DNA of 63,013 nucleotides, counting the filler, from Gonapodya sp. JEL0774 (Eukaryota), in the NCBI GenBank assembly GCA_027604505.1. It is 40 parts of 40 records of this genome, joined end to end, with 100 filler letters (N's around TTAATTAATTAA, not from the genome) between each part and the next. Parts side by side here need not be neighbours in the genome. Positions count along the whole stretch, not along the records: positions 23,796 to 25,276 come from JADIIX010003079.1; positions 25,377 to 26,856 come from JADIIX010003080.1; positions 26,957 to 28,435 come from JADIIX010003081.1; positions 28,536 to 30,014 come from JADIIX010003082.1; positions 30,115 to 31,592 come from JADIIX010003083.1; positions 31,693 to 33,168 come from JADIIX010003084.1; positions 33,269 to 34,743 come from JADIIX010003085.1; positions 34,844 to 36,318 come from JADIIX010003086.1; 32 more parts are not named here. The stretch is one strand, 5' to 3'. Under the pieces are notes generated by a model, which saw only the letters and a program-made list of their open reading frames with translations, searched no databases and was not told where the DNA came from. Each line of letters starts with the position of its first letter. Within the stretch, counting starts at the first letter, position 1. A program made the translations under genes and the position numbers. Positions 23,796 through 36,703 of the stretch are shown one piece after another.

Positions 23796-25276
23796 ATCCC
23801 AACTGAAACGCTATCACGACCACAACGTAGGTCCAGAAGAGAGATAACGCAGTAGCAAGAGATGTCAAACCAGCTGCTAAGGATGCCAAACCAGCTGCTG
23901 CGAAACCCACCGTCAAGCGGCCGCTCCCACAATCCGACACGGAGACAAAGCATAAGAAGCTCAAGACGACCGACGTCAATGTCCGCCCTACAGCTGCCGA
24001 TGTATCTAAGAATGCACCGGCTCCGAGGAAAGCTTTTGCAATCAAAGCAGCAGAAGCTGAAAAACAAACTATCTCAAAAGACCATTTCCTTGAGAGAAAC
24101 CCGCCTGAGAAGAGTTCAACCCAGGAACCAGAAGAGGTTGAGCAATCCGAGGAGAAAGAGCAAGATTGGGATGACCTCGACAAGGATGATCACAGTGACC
24201 CTCTGATGGTCTCGGAATACGTCAACGATATTATTGACTACCTGATGGAACTCGAGGTTTGTGTCACACACCAAAAATGACCTCGCCCCCTCTCGATGAC
24301 CCGTCTCACCGTTCACTTCCGACCTAGAAAATGACAATGCCCAAACCCAACTACATGGCCGACCAAAAAGAGCTCGCATGGCGCATGCGTGGCATCCTCA
24401 TCGACTGGCTCATCGAGGTCCACTACAAATTCCGCCTCCTTCCTGAGACACTCTTCCTCGCTGTGAATATGATCGACCGGTTCCTCTCCTTGCGAGTCGT
24501 GTCGGTGCAGAAACTGCAGCTGGTCGGTCTCACCGCATTGTTCATCGCCTCGAAATATGAGGAGGTTTGTTGGCGCCGTAAATTCCTATTTTTTTTTTTC
24601 CTTTGCGAATTTGAACTGATCGCAAGTGATACCATGCTACCCACCAGGTGATGGCACCTTCGATCCAGAACTTCATCTACATGTCAGACAATGGCTACAC
24701 TGAGGAGGAAATCATGAAGGCGGAACGCTACATCCTCCAGACCCTCGACTACGGTCTACACTACCCGAACGCTCTCAACTTCCTCCGTCGGTGCAGCAAG
24801 GCGGACAGCTACGATATCCAGACGCGCACGCTTGCAAAGTACCTCATGGAGGTTGCCCTCATCGACCACAAGTGCCTCGGGTGCCCGCCATCGGAGATCT
24901 CGGCTGCGGGACTCTACTTGGCACGCCGGATGCTCAAGCGAGGTCCATGGGTGCGTTGATTATGTGTGAAATGCGTGCACCAATTCCAGTGTCGTGACTT
25001 TATTTACGACTTTCCGATGTTGTGGCCATCCCATGCAGGACGCGAATCTCGTGCACTACTCGGGTTATTCTGAGGACAAACTCCAATCCTGCACTGGCTT
25101 GATGCTTCAGTACCTACGCGTGACCACTCCCCGTCACGATGCGCTGTTCAAAAAATACTCGAGTAAGAAGTTCATGAAGGCTTCTTTGTTCGTGCAGGAC
25201 TGGGTAGCGAGAGACAGCGCGAGGAACGTGAGTCATGAGGTGGCATTTGTAAAGTTGAGGTATTTGCCCTGACCCT
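23796..25276 (+). CDS. G2/M B-type cyclin, spliced, partial
   Basis: [20 protein letters not shown]; cyclin box [35 protein letters not shown]...[29 protein letters not shown]. Confidence 0.95.
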
Positions 25277-25376
25277 NNNNNNNNNNNNNNNNNNNNNNNN
25301 NNNNNNNNNNNNNNNNNNNNTTAATTAATTAANNNNNNNNNNNNNNNNNNNNNNNNNNNNNNNNNNNNNNNNNNNN

Positions 25377-25778
25377 CACTACGCTGCGACACGTGAGGTT
25401 GCCGAGATATTCCTCAGTCATGGGGCGGATATCCAAGCCATCACAACCACGAGTGGTTTCACACCTCTGCACACTGCTATTATCAATCGAAATAGTGATG
25501 TGGTCGCCTTTCTTCTGGACAATGGGGCGGATGCCCACGCACGCTGCGTTGAAACTGGCTCCACTGCGGTGGATTGTGTGGACTTGTACCGCAACGATCC
25601 AGAGGTCTCGTTTGACTACGAAGCAATGGCAATTTTGCGTCTGCTGGATCAACGGGGACTGCGTCCGATAATACCAGACGATATGGCGGCCTTCCCGGAC
25701 CTCGCTCCCCATATATTGCAATTGAGAAGCTGGACCAGCTGTATGTCTCTGTTGTGGACAAGCCCGATGCTAACGTAG
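25377..25778 (+). CDS. Ankyrin-repeat protein, 3' end
   Basis: TPLHTAIINRNSDVVAFLLDNGADAH; ends at a stop at 25778. Confidence 0.75.
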   Translation, partial: HYAATREVAEIFLSHGADIQAITTTSGFTPLHTAIINRNSDVVAFLLDNGADAHARCVETGSTAVDCVDLYRNDPEVSFDYEAMAILRLLDQRGLRPIIPDDMAAFPDLAPHILQLRSWTSCMSLLWTSPMLT

Positions 25779-26039
25779 CTCAAATATCCATTGTAGAAGC
25801 TTCATCAGCGCATTCGTTTTCGGAGAGATTTCCTTTAGTGCATCGCCAAGACATATTGTGGAGCCCCATATTGTTTCGAACGACACTCACACACGTCCCA
25901 TAATCTGCACTGAAACACTTGAAGCCCCAATCGCTCCAAACAGAAGACTTGCAACTGGTACGCTCTTGCCTGAAATCATTTGCCATATTTTTAATCGCGT
26001 TTTGACCTCTCAGACTTGCGAATACTCGCCGAACGACCA

Positions 26040-26856
26040 ATGTCTGAACCGTTCCCACTCCAGAAACTCCACCCGGAACTCCTTCTGGGGGTCTCCTCAT
26101 TCTGGAACGACTTCCCGTACGGACTTCCCACTGATGCCTTGAGCAAATCGCTCTACAAGGTGTTGTCAGATCCCAGCGTAGTTGCCGATCGTGAGTTGAA
26201 AAAATGGGTATCTGCCGAGCGGGCACTCGCGCGTGAACTTCTTCGCACAGAGAAATCTGGACAATTCGATGTTGCGGATATTCTCATCTCACGAGGGGCG
26301 GACGTGAATGCTCGCTCGTTTGTCGAAGGAGATCCGGACGAATTCATTCTGCCGTTCAAGTCCACGGTATTCATCTCTATCTGCGAATCACGCGCCTTGA
26401 AAGCAGTCAAGTATTTGCTTGAACGAGGAGCGGACTTGGAGGCAGAGGATGAGGACGGTTTAAACGCACTGGATCGTGTCGTCCGAATGGATGCCACCGA
26501 AGTCATACCTGTGCTTCTAGCTCCTGGGATCCATTTGGATTCAGCGCCTGTGCTTTACTATCTTGTCCAAGCATGCGAGAGGGGTTCATTACATATGACC
26601 CAGGCATTTCTTATGTCCGGGGTGAATCCCGACGCAAAATCTGCCAAGCTAAATTGTGCCCGATACTATGGAAAGCCCTTGATAGCCGCTTGCAAGAATT
26701 ATGTGGATGACCATTCAATTGTTCAACTTCTAATGGAGCATGGGGCAAACGTGAATGTGGAAGTGCAATCGGATGACGCCCCTGCCGCAGTTTCAACGCC
26801 TCTCACCGTGGCCAGCTATTCCAACCACGAAGAGATTGTACGTGTCTTGCTAGATG
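26040..26856 (+). CDS. Ankyrin-repeat protein with an F-box-like N-terminus, 3' partial
   Basis: LQKLHPELLLGV..., GLPTDALSKSL, then ILISRGADVNA, YLLERGADLEA, LLMEHGANVN, TPLTVASYSNHEEIVRVLLD. Confidence 0.85.
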
Positions 26857-26956
26857 NNNNNNNNNNNNNNNNNNNNNNNNNNNNNNNNNNNNNNNNNNNN
26901 TTAATTAATTAANNNNNNNNNNNNNNNNNNNNNNNNNNNNNNNNNNNNNNNNNNNN

Positions 26957-28391
26957 GCGCTTAGAGCTGCAAAGGAGGCCGTCGAGGAGGAACTGGAGAG
27001 TGTGCGGGAGCGGGCTGGCAAGGTTGGCGAGCTGGAGGTGAGGGGTCTTTTTTTTGGGTCGATCGTGGTGGTGACTTTGGTGTGAAAGCTGAGGAGTGAC
27101 TATGATGCACCCGCCCAGTCGCAACTGGCACAGCTTCAAGACCATGTTGCGGAAGTGGAACGTGCAAACGCCACCCTCACCGCTGCCCTTTCCACCGCCG
27201 CAACCTCCAACGACACGAAATGGTCCACTCAGGTGGCGTCGTTGAACGAGGAAATTTCTTCGTTGCAAGCGAGTCTGAGGGAGACCTCAGTGCTTGCGAC
27301 AAATCTGCAGGCCGAGGTGGACTCGGTCCGTAGTGAAACGTCCGACACGGCGAAGCTGAACAAGGAGCTGGCGAGGTTGCGGCAGCATCTCGTAGAAGCC
27401 CACGACGCAGCCACGGAGGACCAAATTCGTCAAGAAGCCGCCATGGAATCCCTCCGAGCGGACATGGAGAAGCTCCAAGCGGAGAAATCCGAGTGGGACG
27501 CGCACCTTGCCCGGGAACGGGACGAATCCGAGCGGTGGAAGAGGGCGGTAATGGAGATTGAAGAGGATGTGAGGAGGGCTGGGGAGGAGCGGGAGAGATG
27601 GAGGAAGGAGGCCGAGAGGGCGGGGACGGCGGTGTTGAATTTGCAAGGGGTGTTGGAGCAGTTTCAGGCGGGTGAGTGTTTTGGTGCATGGGAAGGGGTG
27701 GTGATGATTCGCGGTAGTCTGATGGCAATTTGGTTTGGTCCGTTGTGTAGCACGGGAGGCGGATGTCCAGACTGCGGCGGAAGGGCTCAAGCGGCAAGTC
27801 GCGCAACTATCGGAAGATTTGGGTGTCTGGAAGGCCAAGGCTGAAGAGGCGGAGGTGAGTTCCATTCGTCTAGTGCAATCAAGGAGTGCCAGTGGCTTTA
27901 ACATTTGACATGCACGTGGTCACGCTAGGCGAAGCTCAAAACCTTTGAGCGAGACTCGCCTGGCGTGCAGAAGTTGCAAAAGGAGCTTTCGGAGAAGAAT
28001 GTGCTGGTGGGAAGATTGAGGGCCGACGGTGAGTTTTATGTCAAGTCCATAGAATTCGTCACAAATGCAAATACCGATGTACTTCACCCTGTACCTCTAC
28101 CAGTGATCCTCCTGCAAAAGCACCTCTCAGAAGCCATGGGCCACATGAAGACCATGTCCGAAGGAAAGGACAACAACGTGGACCGGAGGTTGATATCCAA
28201 TCTCGTTCTGAACTTCCTGCAGATGCCGAGAGGGTGAGTCTGGTCCTTTTGCGGGTTTTAACCTCTCAAACATGGGGAGCTGAACGTTGTTACTCATGTT
28301 ATGCGGGATGTGCGATAGTGATGGGAAGAGATTTGAGATGTTGACGGTGATCGGCGGTATTTTGGGGTGGGGGGATGAAGAGAAGTTCAAG
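26957..28391 (+). CDS. RUD3: GRAB-domain golgin (RUD3/GMAP-210-like), spliced, partial
   Basis: Long coiled coil, NLQGVLEQFQA, then NVDRRLISNLVLNFLQMPRG / DGKRFEMLTVIGGILGWGDEEK. Confidence 0.75.
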
Positions 28392-29659
28392 GTATGTACT
28401 CGAATTGCGGCTCCGATCTGCCGTACCGAACCTCCNNNNNNNNNNNNNNNNNNNNNNNNNNNNNNNNNNNNNNNNNNNNTTAATTAATTAANNNNNNNNN
28501 NNNNNNNNNNNNNNNNNNNNNNNNNNNNNNNNNNNCATGCTCACGGCGGGGAGGGAGCGCGTGCGCACTTAGCTTCGGGTTCTTCTCACGGTGATTCTCA
28601 CACCCCACAAGTTTTTGACATCTGAGCCACACTTTCGGGTCCTTTTGTTTCAGAGTTTGCTATTGAGCTTGGCAGCCTGTGTACCCCTGCTCGTCGTGCG
28701 ATCACGTCCAGGTGAACCCCATCTTCACCCCCTGCTCTCGGCGTGGTGCTCGGCACCTCGGTGAGACACACTCTCAGACATACGGCAGCACACCATCGAG
28801 GTCCCGCGATCGGCCCCTTCCGGCTTTCCACGCAGAAAAAATTCGTTTTGTTTTTTCACCCTTGTCGCGGTGTCTGCTCGAACTAACGGCCACTCTATGG
28901 TACGGTCGAACTGGCATCAGGGTGCTACGGGCCACAAGTGTGTGGAGCTAGCTGTCAGGTGAGTGGAGGAGACCTGGTGGAACAGGTAGGTACCGGGCAG
29001 AGGAAACGACTGTAAAAAGGTACATACGTTGTCCTTATTTTGCAAGAGGCTTGGCCTTGCAAATGGGGAGTACAAAGAGAGGGTGAAAGCGTGGTCCGAC
29101 CAGAACTGTTGCTGTCTCCTGCTTGCTGCTGGTCCTTCACGCCCATACCCTCCCACATTTCCATCGCCTCCATGTAGTCATCACACCGACACCTCCTCTT
29201 GCGAGACCACCGTGTCTCAACAAGGCGACGAAACGAGAGTGTGCCGGAACCTTTTCTCTACCACCGGATTCACTCCTGGTCTGACTTGGGGCAAAGCCAC
29301 TCGTACGTACCCCACACCTCACTTTGGAGTTTCGTGCTTCTGTAGATCTGCGACACTACCGCGGCATCATGAATATGGATGTATGGTAGCGAGCATAGAT
29401 TCTGGAACCAGATGAGCCAGATGATCAGAAACCTGTCATCTGTGATTCTGTGCGGGGCCTACAATCAAGTTGCATGATAACCACCATCGTTGGCGGGAAA
29501 TGAAAGATAGAGAAAGTAAAATTAATTAAAATCTTGTTGATGAGAGGAACCAGGAAGATGCAGATGGGTGGAGTGTGCAGAGGGTAGCCCACAAGGCCAC
29601 AGAGACCACAGCAATGGGATGACCACAGACACCGACAGAGACAGAGAGAGGGAGCAAGG

Positions 29660-30014
29660 ATGACGCAGGCACCGGACAAGAAGCAGCAGCGATACGACAG
29701 ACAGCTGAGGTGGGAGACGGGCCACAGCACACTCTGCCACTCCTGCCACTGCATCCCCACAACCACGCTCCCACCCTCCCCATCGCACCCGCATTCGAAT
29801 CCCGCTGATTCCCCCGTTTGCTTCCTTATTTTGTTTCTTTTTTCTCTCCATTGGTTTTGCATACGTCATCCATGCTCACGTCATACCCTGTTCCACATAT
29901 TCCAACTACTTCCCTCCATCCATCCCGCTAACCACCACCTCCCACCCCACAAATCCCAAGACTCTGGCAAGCGCACGGCCAGCAGGCGCTCGAATCTTCA
30001 AACATCCTGCTCAT
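29660..30014 (+). CDS. ULA1: NEDD8-activating enzyme regulatory subunit, 5' partial (intron 29710-29960)
   Basis: Spliced MTQAPDKKQQRYDRQLR|LWQAHGQQALESSNILL matches the NAE1/APPBP1 N-terminus. Confidence 0.85.
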
Positions 30015-30114
30015 NNNNNNNNNNNNNNNNNNNNNNNNNNNNNNNNNNNNNNNNNNNNTTAATTAATTAANNNNNNNNNNNNNNNNNNNNNNNNNNNNNN
30101 NNNNNNNNNNNNNN

Positions 30115-30895
30115 TCGGCTGGGTTTGCCGACTGATGCTCTCAATAGGCGGCTCCTAGGAGTTTTCCGGACTCCATCAAACATCGCGTCAAGGGCGATAA
30201 TTCACTACCATGACACCGCCGAAGCTCTTGTGCACGAAGTAACGCGCTTCGAACCGACGGCCCCGTCTGTCATCAATGCTCTTTTGGCGAGGATGAATCA
30301 AATTGGCGTCTCCATCGACTGTGTATCCCCAACTTCGCTCATAAGCCCCCTGGCTTCTGCAGTGAGAGCTGGAAACTGCAACAATGTTTTAATGCTCCTT
30401 CAGCACGGCGCCGATGTCAACGCGCTCGATGGACGGGCTTTGGTCGAGGGTATTAGAAGTGGCCAAGAGCAGCTGGTGCGGCTGCTTCTTGACAATGGAG
30501 CGGATGTTCACGCTGGTAACGATAGGGTGGTTTGGATGGCAGCTCATTACAGACGTACAGAGATCGTGCTGCTGTTACTGAGCCGAGGTGCAGATGCATG
30601 CGGCTGGGATAGCTCTGCGGTGGATCAGGCTGTGGCGAATGGGGACATGGCCTGTTTGAGACTACTGTTGGATCACGGAGCAAGAATCCGTAAAACTTTG
30701 CTGATGGCAGCAGTAACTACTGAGCATGTTGAAATTATTCAATTGCTGTTAGAGAGAGCGGGGAGTCTGTTCGCGGAGGATCGAAATTTCGGCAGCGCCC
30801 GCGCCATGGCGTTGTTTCTGTCACAAGCGAAACAGGAGAAGTGGCGTGCAGTCTTGCAACTTTTTGACCAGATTCAAGCTCAGATTCGTTACTAG
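30115..30895 (+). CDS. Ankyrin-repeat protein, 5' partial
   Basis: GLPTDALNRRL, then LLQHGADVNA, LLDNGADVHA, LLSRGADA, LLDHGA repeats. Confidence 0.9.
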
Positions 30896-32590
30896 ACTGA
30901 ATTGTCTAGGCCTCACAATCCATCTTTCATTCCAAGCTTTGTACGTAGATTTTATGCGGACAATTCGACGAGATCAGTACATCTTATTATCATCATGTTC
31001 TCCAAAATTCTTCTTCTACATGTTGACCCCCTTGCATCGTAGTGGATGCACTGCTTTCTTTGCGCAGCTCCGGTACACACCAGCTGCTCGCATAGTTCCA
31101 TTTCCCACAAATAATCTGTGGGGAACCTCTTGACGAGATCATAGGCACATCACTTAGTACATAATGGTTATGAAAATATCTCGATGGTGTGTGTTTACGG
31201 AGGAATGACAGTTTTCTGAAGGACCACAGGCAATGCTTCGAATGACGTCATTCTCTTCCCACATTTCACATTTCGGAGCTGTCCGAATCATCCCGAAATC
31301 CAGTAAAACCACTCTCATACGATGTCACAAACTTCATCTCGACCATACGAGCAACCTACATCAGTTGCATTGCCTCCGTTGATTTCAAAGGTTACCTTCT
31401 TCCAAATCCAAAATTCGACCGTTTGTGGAGTTCTACAACAGTGAGACTGTTATTTATTGCTAGCAAGTGTACCTTTCTAAGCGCCACCGTGGAAAGTTGA
31501 CATGTCCGAGTTCCAGATCGAAGATCCAGATGCCTACACTACCTTCAACGACGTAAGCTCCGATTCGTTTCTTGCGCACCAGTCTCGCTGCANNNNNNNN
31601 NNNNNNNNNNNNNNNNNNNNNNNNNNNNNNNNNNNNTTAATTAATTAANNNNNNNNNNNNNNNNNNNNNNNNNNNNNNNNNNNNNNNNNNNNACTAGTTA
31701 GTCTGTAAAACACATTGTTGCAATTAAATCCATTAAGTTCAGAACTTGCCTTCAGTCAATTTGGAGTCAAACTGGCTCTTAAGTGGCCGCACCAGAGAAG
31801 TCTGAGAATGGTTCTGTGTCAACCTCCCAGGCTCTTGTTTGTTTGGACTCAGCTTTGGAGGTGGTCTTGCAGCAGATTGAGGTGACCAAGCTCAACAAAA
31901 GGATGTAGATAAAATGTCAGATACAAGGGTGTAAGAGAAAAAGGACAGTATCCCATACCTGGTGATCTTAAAGCATCCATAAATCCATCACTTGATAATT
32001 CTGTGGAAAATTGATGAGATAAGGAGGCTGTAATGTGTTCTGTGTTGTCTCAATCCATCACAACTTACTCTCAGAACTCAGGAGGTTTTCCTCAACAGGA
32101 TCTCAAAGTGTTGCAATATAGGGTTGTTGGAAAATCAGTATTAATATGTGGGAACCTTTGTTAGCCAAATTGTAGTCTCACTCACTAGCATGTGGTATCA
32201 TTGCTTTGTTTGGGACTGGCCTTCGCTGATAATGTGAAGGGAATGTGAGTTGACCAATTACAAGGAACATAATTGAGTTGATGTTAACAGGATTCAGACT
32301 TACCAGAAATGCCATGGGTGACTCAACTGGGGAGGAGAGAGCTAATAGAGGAGACCTTGAGTGTGGGGGAGTTTGAAGGGCAGTGAACTTATTGCGCTAA
32401 AGGAGGGAAGAACTCTGTGTTTGAATCAGTATGTGGTAAAAGAAACAGTAGTTTCACTTGCAGTTGCAGGACTTATACTGGGAGGGTCAGGTGAAACTGA
32501 TAGAAGCCTTAATGTTTTGACAGGCTTATATGCAGATTGTATGAAGTGAGAACGTGAATGAGAAAAGTGGGAAGCAAACAGGTTAACAGA

Positions 32591-32827
32591 CTATACCTGC
32601 TTTCCCTTCACCCTACAAGTACTCTTGTGCCAATCCCTAATCTTCTTTTTCTCACCAAAGTTGAGAAATGAGAATGCATTGTCGTTCAGGTCATCATCTG
32701 TGAGTGACACAAGACCTTTTCCGTCAAGCCCCAGGCCCTCAAACTTGAGTGCAGGGTGATCCCCATCAACCAGTTGTGAAAGTAGATCAGCCACCTCCTT
32801 CACACTAAGAGGCAAGACAGTCTGCAA
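32591..32827 (-). CDS. SAM-domain exon of an intron-rich, CpG-depleted gene or TE
   Basis: LSVKEVADLL...FEGLGLDGKGLVSLTDDDL...LNFGEKKKI fits the SAM consensus; several minus-strand GTGAG/GTAAG donors across 31693-33168. Confidence 0.6.
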   Translation of the reverse strand: MQTVLPLSVKEVADLLSQLVDGDHPALKFEGLGLDGKGLVSLTDDDLNDNAFSFLNFGEKKKIRDWHKSTCRVKGKQV

Positions 32828-33399
32828 TAAAATTGAGATGTGTCAGATATTGATGACAAAGTACGTAAGGAGCATCTGGCTTACTCCTTGATTTGAAACT
32901 TTCTGACTTTCAGAGATATGCAAGCAATCTTCTGAATTTCAGGAATTTGCAATACAAGATGTAGTGCAGATGGTACTCACATTCTTTGACATGAGTTCTG
33001 GATAGAGCATTGTTGACGTTGAGGGCTGCTGTGAACACACATCAGGGATGATGCATAAGATGAGCAAATTAAAAATCATAAGTCAATTATTCTCACTCAC
33101 TAGTTATGTGTCTATAAATGGTCAGCTTGTCAAATCTGAAAACACTGGTTTATCAGTTGATGATGATCNNNNNNNNNNNNNNNNNNNNNNNNNNNNNNNN
33201 NNNNNNNNNNNNTTAATTAATTAANNNNNNNNNNNNNNNNNNNNNNNNNNNNNNNNNNNNNNNNNNNNACACATGTCCCACGCACCTTGTTTCTCCAGCG
33301 TCGAGAAACATCGCCGATCTCGCCGTAACTCTTCAATCGGATGCGAGTGCTATCATTATTGGACAGCTAGGTAAGTTCTGCCATACTCCAAGCTCGCAG

Positions 33400-34743
33400 C
33401 TTCGTAACAGGAGAGTCCAGTTGCGGAATAACGCTGATACATCTGATTTTTTTGTACACCCCAGAATCGTATCTTAAAAGTGTGAGCAATCGTTGTTTTG
33501 CAACCCGTATCAAGGCTCCTCTGGTAATCCTTCTCGCTAATCGATGACTTCCCTGCATATTCATCCAGGCCGCCGTGTCTGCCCAGAGCGTGGCGGACGT
33601 CGTTAACCTCGGAGCAATAGACGCGCACGATATTGAGTGAGCGAATGTGGCCGTAATAGGAACGTCGTGTTTTCTGACCTACCGGCGTGTGGTGGTGTGG
33701 GATTGCAGCCGCATGATTCCGTTCATGAGGAACGCGGTCCAAACTGTTGGGCTCAAAAGTGAGTGAAAGTGGATACATGTTCTTTCCTTGACGGTTTACA
33801 GCGTCCAAATTCTCATCTAATACCCACGCGGACCCCCGACTACCTCCCTTCGCCCTACTCTCCTCCATTTCGTCCCAAAAACTCTGACCAGCTTAAGTGC
33901 ACGTCACGGTTCTCACTATCCGCAACCCTCCCACCACGGTAGGGTTTCAACCCATCGTGGCCAACGGCGTGCAAGTCGGTACAATACAAGTGTGGTCCAC
34001 CAACAACAACACGTGCGCGAAGTATTGCCCGACCAACAATACCATGGGGAAGTTGAACGGTACGTTCGGCAATGGAGGAGCTCACTAGCTGAGACGTCAA
34101 TTTACAATGGGCGCGCATTACTTGATCGTCTTGGTTGGTCCTTAGGATATGTCATGATCGAATCTGGAACGAGCGTTTCGTTCACACCTCCTATTTTCTC
34201 GGTAGGGAATATGTTTCTTCGTGTGTCTTTGCAATAGGCCGGGAATCACATTGCATTTTGTTTCATCGCACAATCGTACTCTCTCCACACCTAGTTCCCC
34301 TTCAATATCACCGCCACCGCGATACAGACACCCAACCTCCGCACACCCACGATCGACCAAGAGCCAGGAATCTCCCCCGACGGCACAGACGTAGTTACAC
34401 AACACGTTTTCATGTCGCTCTGGGACCCCGCCGCTCCAGCGTCGGCGGGGAACCCCGAAGCCGCCTTCTTCCTACAAGAGTTCTCGGTAGAGAATTTAAG
34501 CAACTTGTTGGACGAGTTGAAGAACAAGTCTGGGACCCTGAATTCATTTTACGGAATTGTTACAGGTGGGGGGATCGTCATGGCGATGACGGATCTGGGA
34601 AATACGACGCAACAGCGGCAGGTATAATATTGAGAGGGGATCAAGCTCTTGTTCTCTTGGGCTCACCTGACGTGAATTGTGGGCGATTCACATCTCAAGG
34701 CACTGACAATCCAAGACGGTTCATCATTGCGTCCTAGAAATAT
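33400..34743 (+). CDS. Hypothetical spliced protein, possibly an extracellular Cache-like sensor region
   Basis: Exon FFLQEFSVENLSNLLDELK...FYGIVTGGGIVMAMT resembles dCache C-terminal strands; several N-glycosylation sequons. Confidence 0.3.
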
Positions 34744-34843
34744 NNNNNNNNNNNNNNNNNNNNNNNNNNNNNNNNNNNNNNNNNNNNTTAATTAATTAAN
34801 NNNNNNNNNNNNNNNNNNNNNNNNNNNNNNNNNNNNNNNNNNN

Positions 34844-36318
34844 GTAAGATGCGGCAAGTTTCTTGGCGACGTAAATGTTGGCAAGGAGCATGAACTGAAC
34901 AACGGAGGTGAGAAGAAATAACCAATTCACACGGCACACCGGGAAGACATCACAATCGTACCTCTTCAATCAACCTATTCGACTCCTTGATAACGTACTC
35001 CCCTGTTGCTACCGGGTTCAAATCCTCATTGAGTGCGAACCAGAGTTTGATGTTCTGGATCTGCAATGCTCCAGCCTCAAATCGCTGTCTCCGGAGCTTC
35101 AGACTAAGTTCATAAAGCATCATTACGTCCGCCTGCACTTCGGCTTCCGTGTAGCCACCTGTGATGTTGGGTGGCGGGAGTATCTTCAATCCAGTTTCGG
35201 GATTCACATCGCCTGTTCTCCTATAATCCCAATCACGCCCTTCAATGAAATCCTGCGCGTGCTCATATGCTAGCTTTGCGCAGCTACGAATGATTGATTT
35301 GCCGTACCAAACGTCCTTGACGTTCCCCTCCGTATCCATGATCCACACTACAGAAAAGGCGAGCCTGTCCACTCCTGGGTTGAGTGAGCAAAGCTCTTCA
35401 CACAGCAGAGGAGGCAACATGGGAATAGCCTGTTGGACCAGATACGTTGTAGTGGCTCTCGTCGCTGCCTCAACGTCAAGCGCTGTATCTTGCACAACAA
35501 AATGGGACACGTCCGCAATGTGCACACCAAGCTCAAATGATCCATCAGGCCGAGGAGTGATGGACACGGCGTCGTCAAGATCCTTGGCAGTGGCAGGATC
35601 TATTGTGAATATCCGTGTGGAGCGGAAGTCACGTCGGCGAGCAACCTCGGAGTCAGGAATGGACCAGGGCTGGCAGCAAAGCAAACATTACACCAGGTAT
35701 GCCTCGTTCGCGATTCTCAGAAGATAATCGACCCGACTTACGGTAGCAGGCAAACACTCAATCACATCCGGCCCAAATTCCTCGTCCCTCACATCGTTGT
35801 CCGTCAGAATCGCCTTCGTCTCCGCGTATATCTCGCCTATCTGACCGATTTTCCCCACAATTTCACCGAAAGGGTGCATAGCGGTCGCATCCCACTTTCG
35901 CACTCGAGCGGTGAATAGGGAGCTTGAGAGAGACGTCGGATCTTTCATGAGTGCATGCAAGTAATCTGCAGGACACAGCTCCAGAGGAATGGCAATGAGA
36001 GGTGCACGAGAGTCCAGCTTCGAAGAGGAAGTTTCGTCACTTCATTCACCCGAACATACAAACAGGTGTTAGACCACTCACAGGCTTGAACCAGAGCAAA
36101 TTGGGGAACTTCCTTGGACTCCCTGTCGTACTTTCACCTCCACTTGCCTCCTTTGCAGTTCCTTCAGCACCTTCGGGATCGCTCTCCTTGCCTTTCCCCT
36201 TTCCGTTGTCCTTCTTTGGGGAATTCATCATTTCCAGCCCCAACGTCCCCGCGTAGGCGTGGTCCCTATGCTCCACGATCGCGACCACCTTGCCAAGTCG
36301 ATGTGAAGATTGTTCTGC
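34844..36318 (-). CDS. DIS3L2: RNB-domain 3'-5' exoribonuclease, DIS3L2-like, internal fragment
   Basis: RRDFRSTRIFTIDPATAKDLDDAVS (catalytic Asp residues intact), GVHIADVSHF, PMLP.LLCEELCSLNPGVDRLAFSV, SNRLIEE|FMLLAN. Confidence 0.88.
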
Positions 36319-36703
36319 NNNNNNNNNNNNNNNNNNNNNNNNNNNNNNNNNNNNNNNNNNNNTTAATTAATTAANNNNNNNNNNNNNNNNNNNNNNNNNN
36401 NNNNNNNNNNNNNNNNNNCAGTCGATGAAAGAGACGCGGTTAGAGCCAGCTGATACGCAAATGTCTGTAATGCATAGAGGTTTCTAGCCTTTTCCGGTGA
36501 AGTCGAATTCAGGGAACGCGGGGGAAACTTACGTGACACACTGCTGACTCCGTCCACTACCTCATCTGGCAGTGGTGGTACGAACCGCACCATGTAAGAT
36601 TCACCTTCTTCATCATAGACGCCAAGTTCAGGATCGGAATGAGCACGGACGATCGCTTGCAGACGAAAAGAAGGGAAGAAATCTGTGGATGGGCCGCAAC
36701 AGA

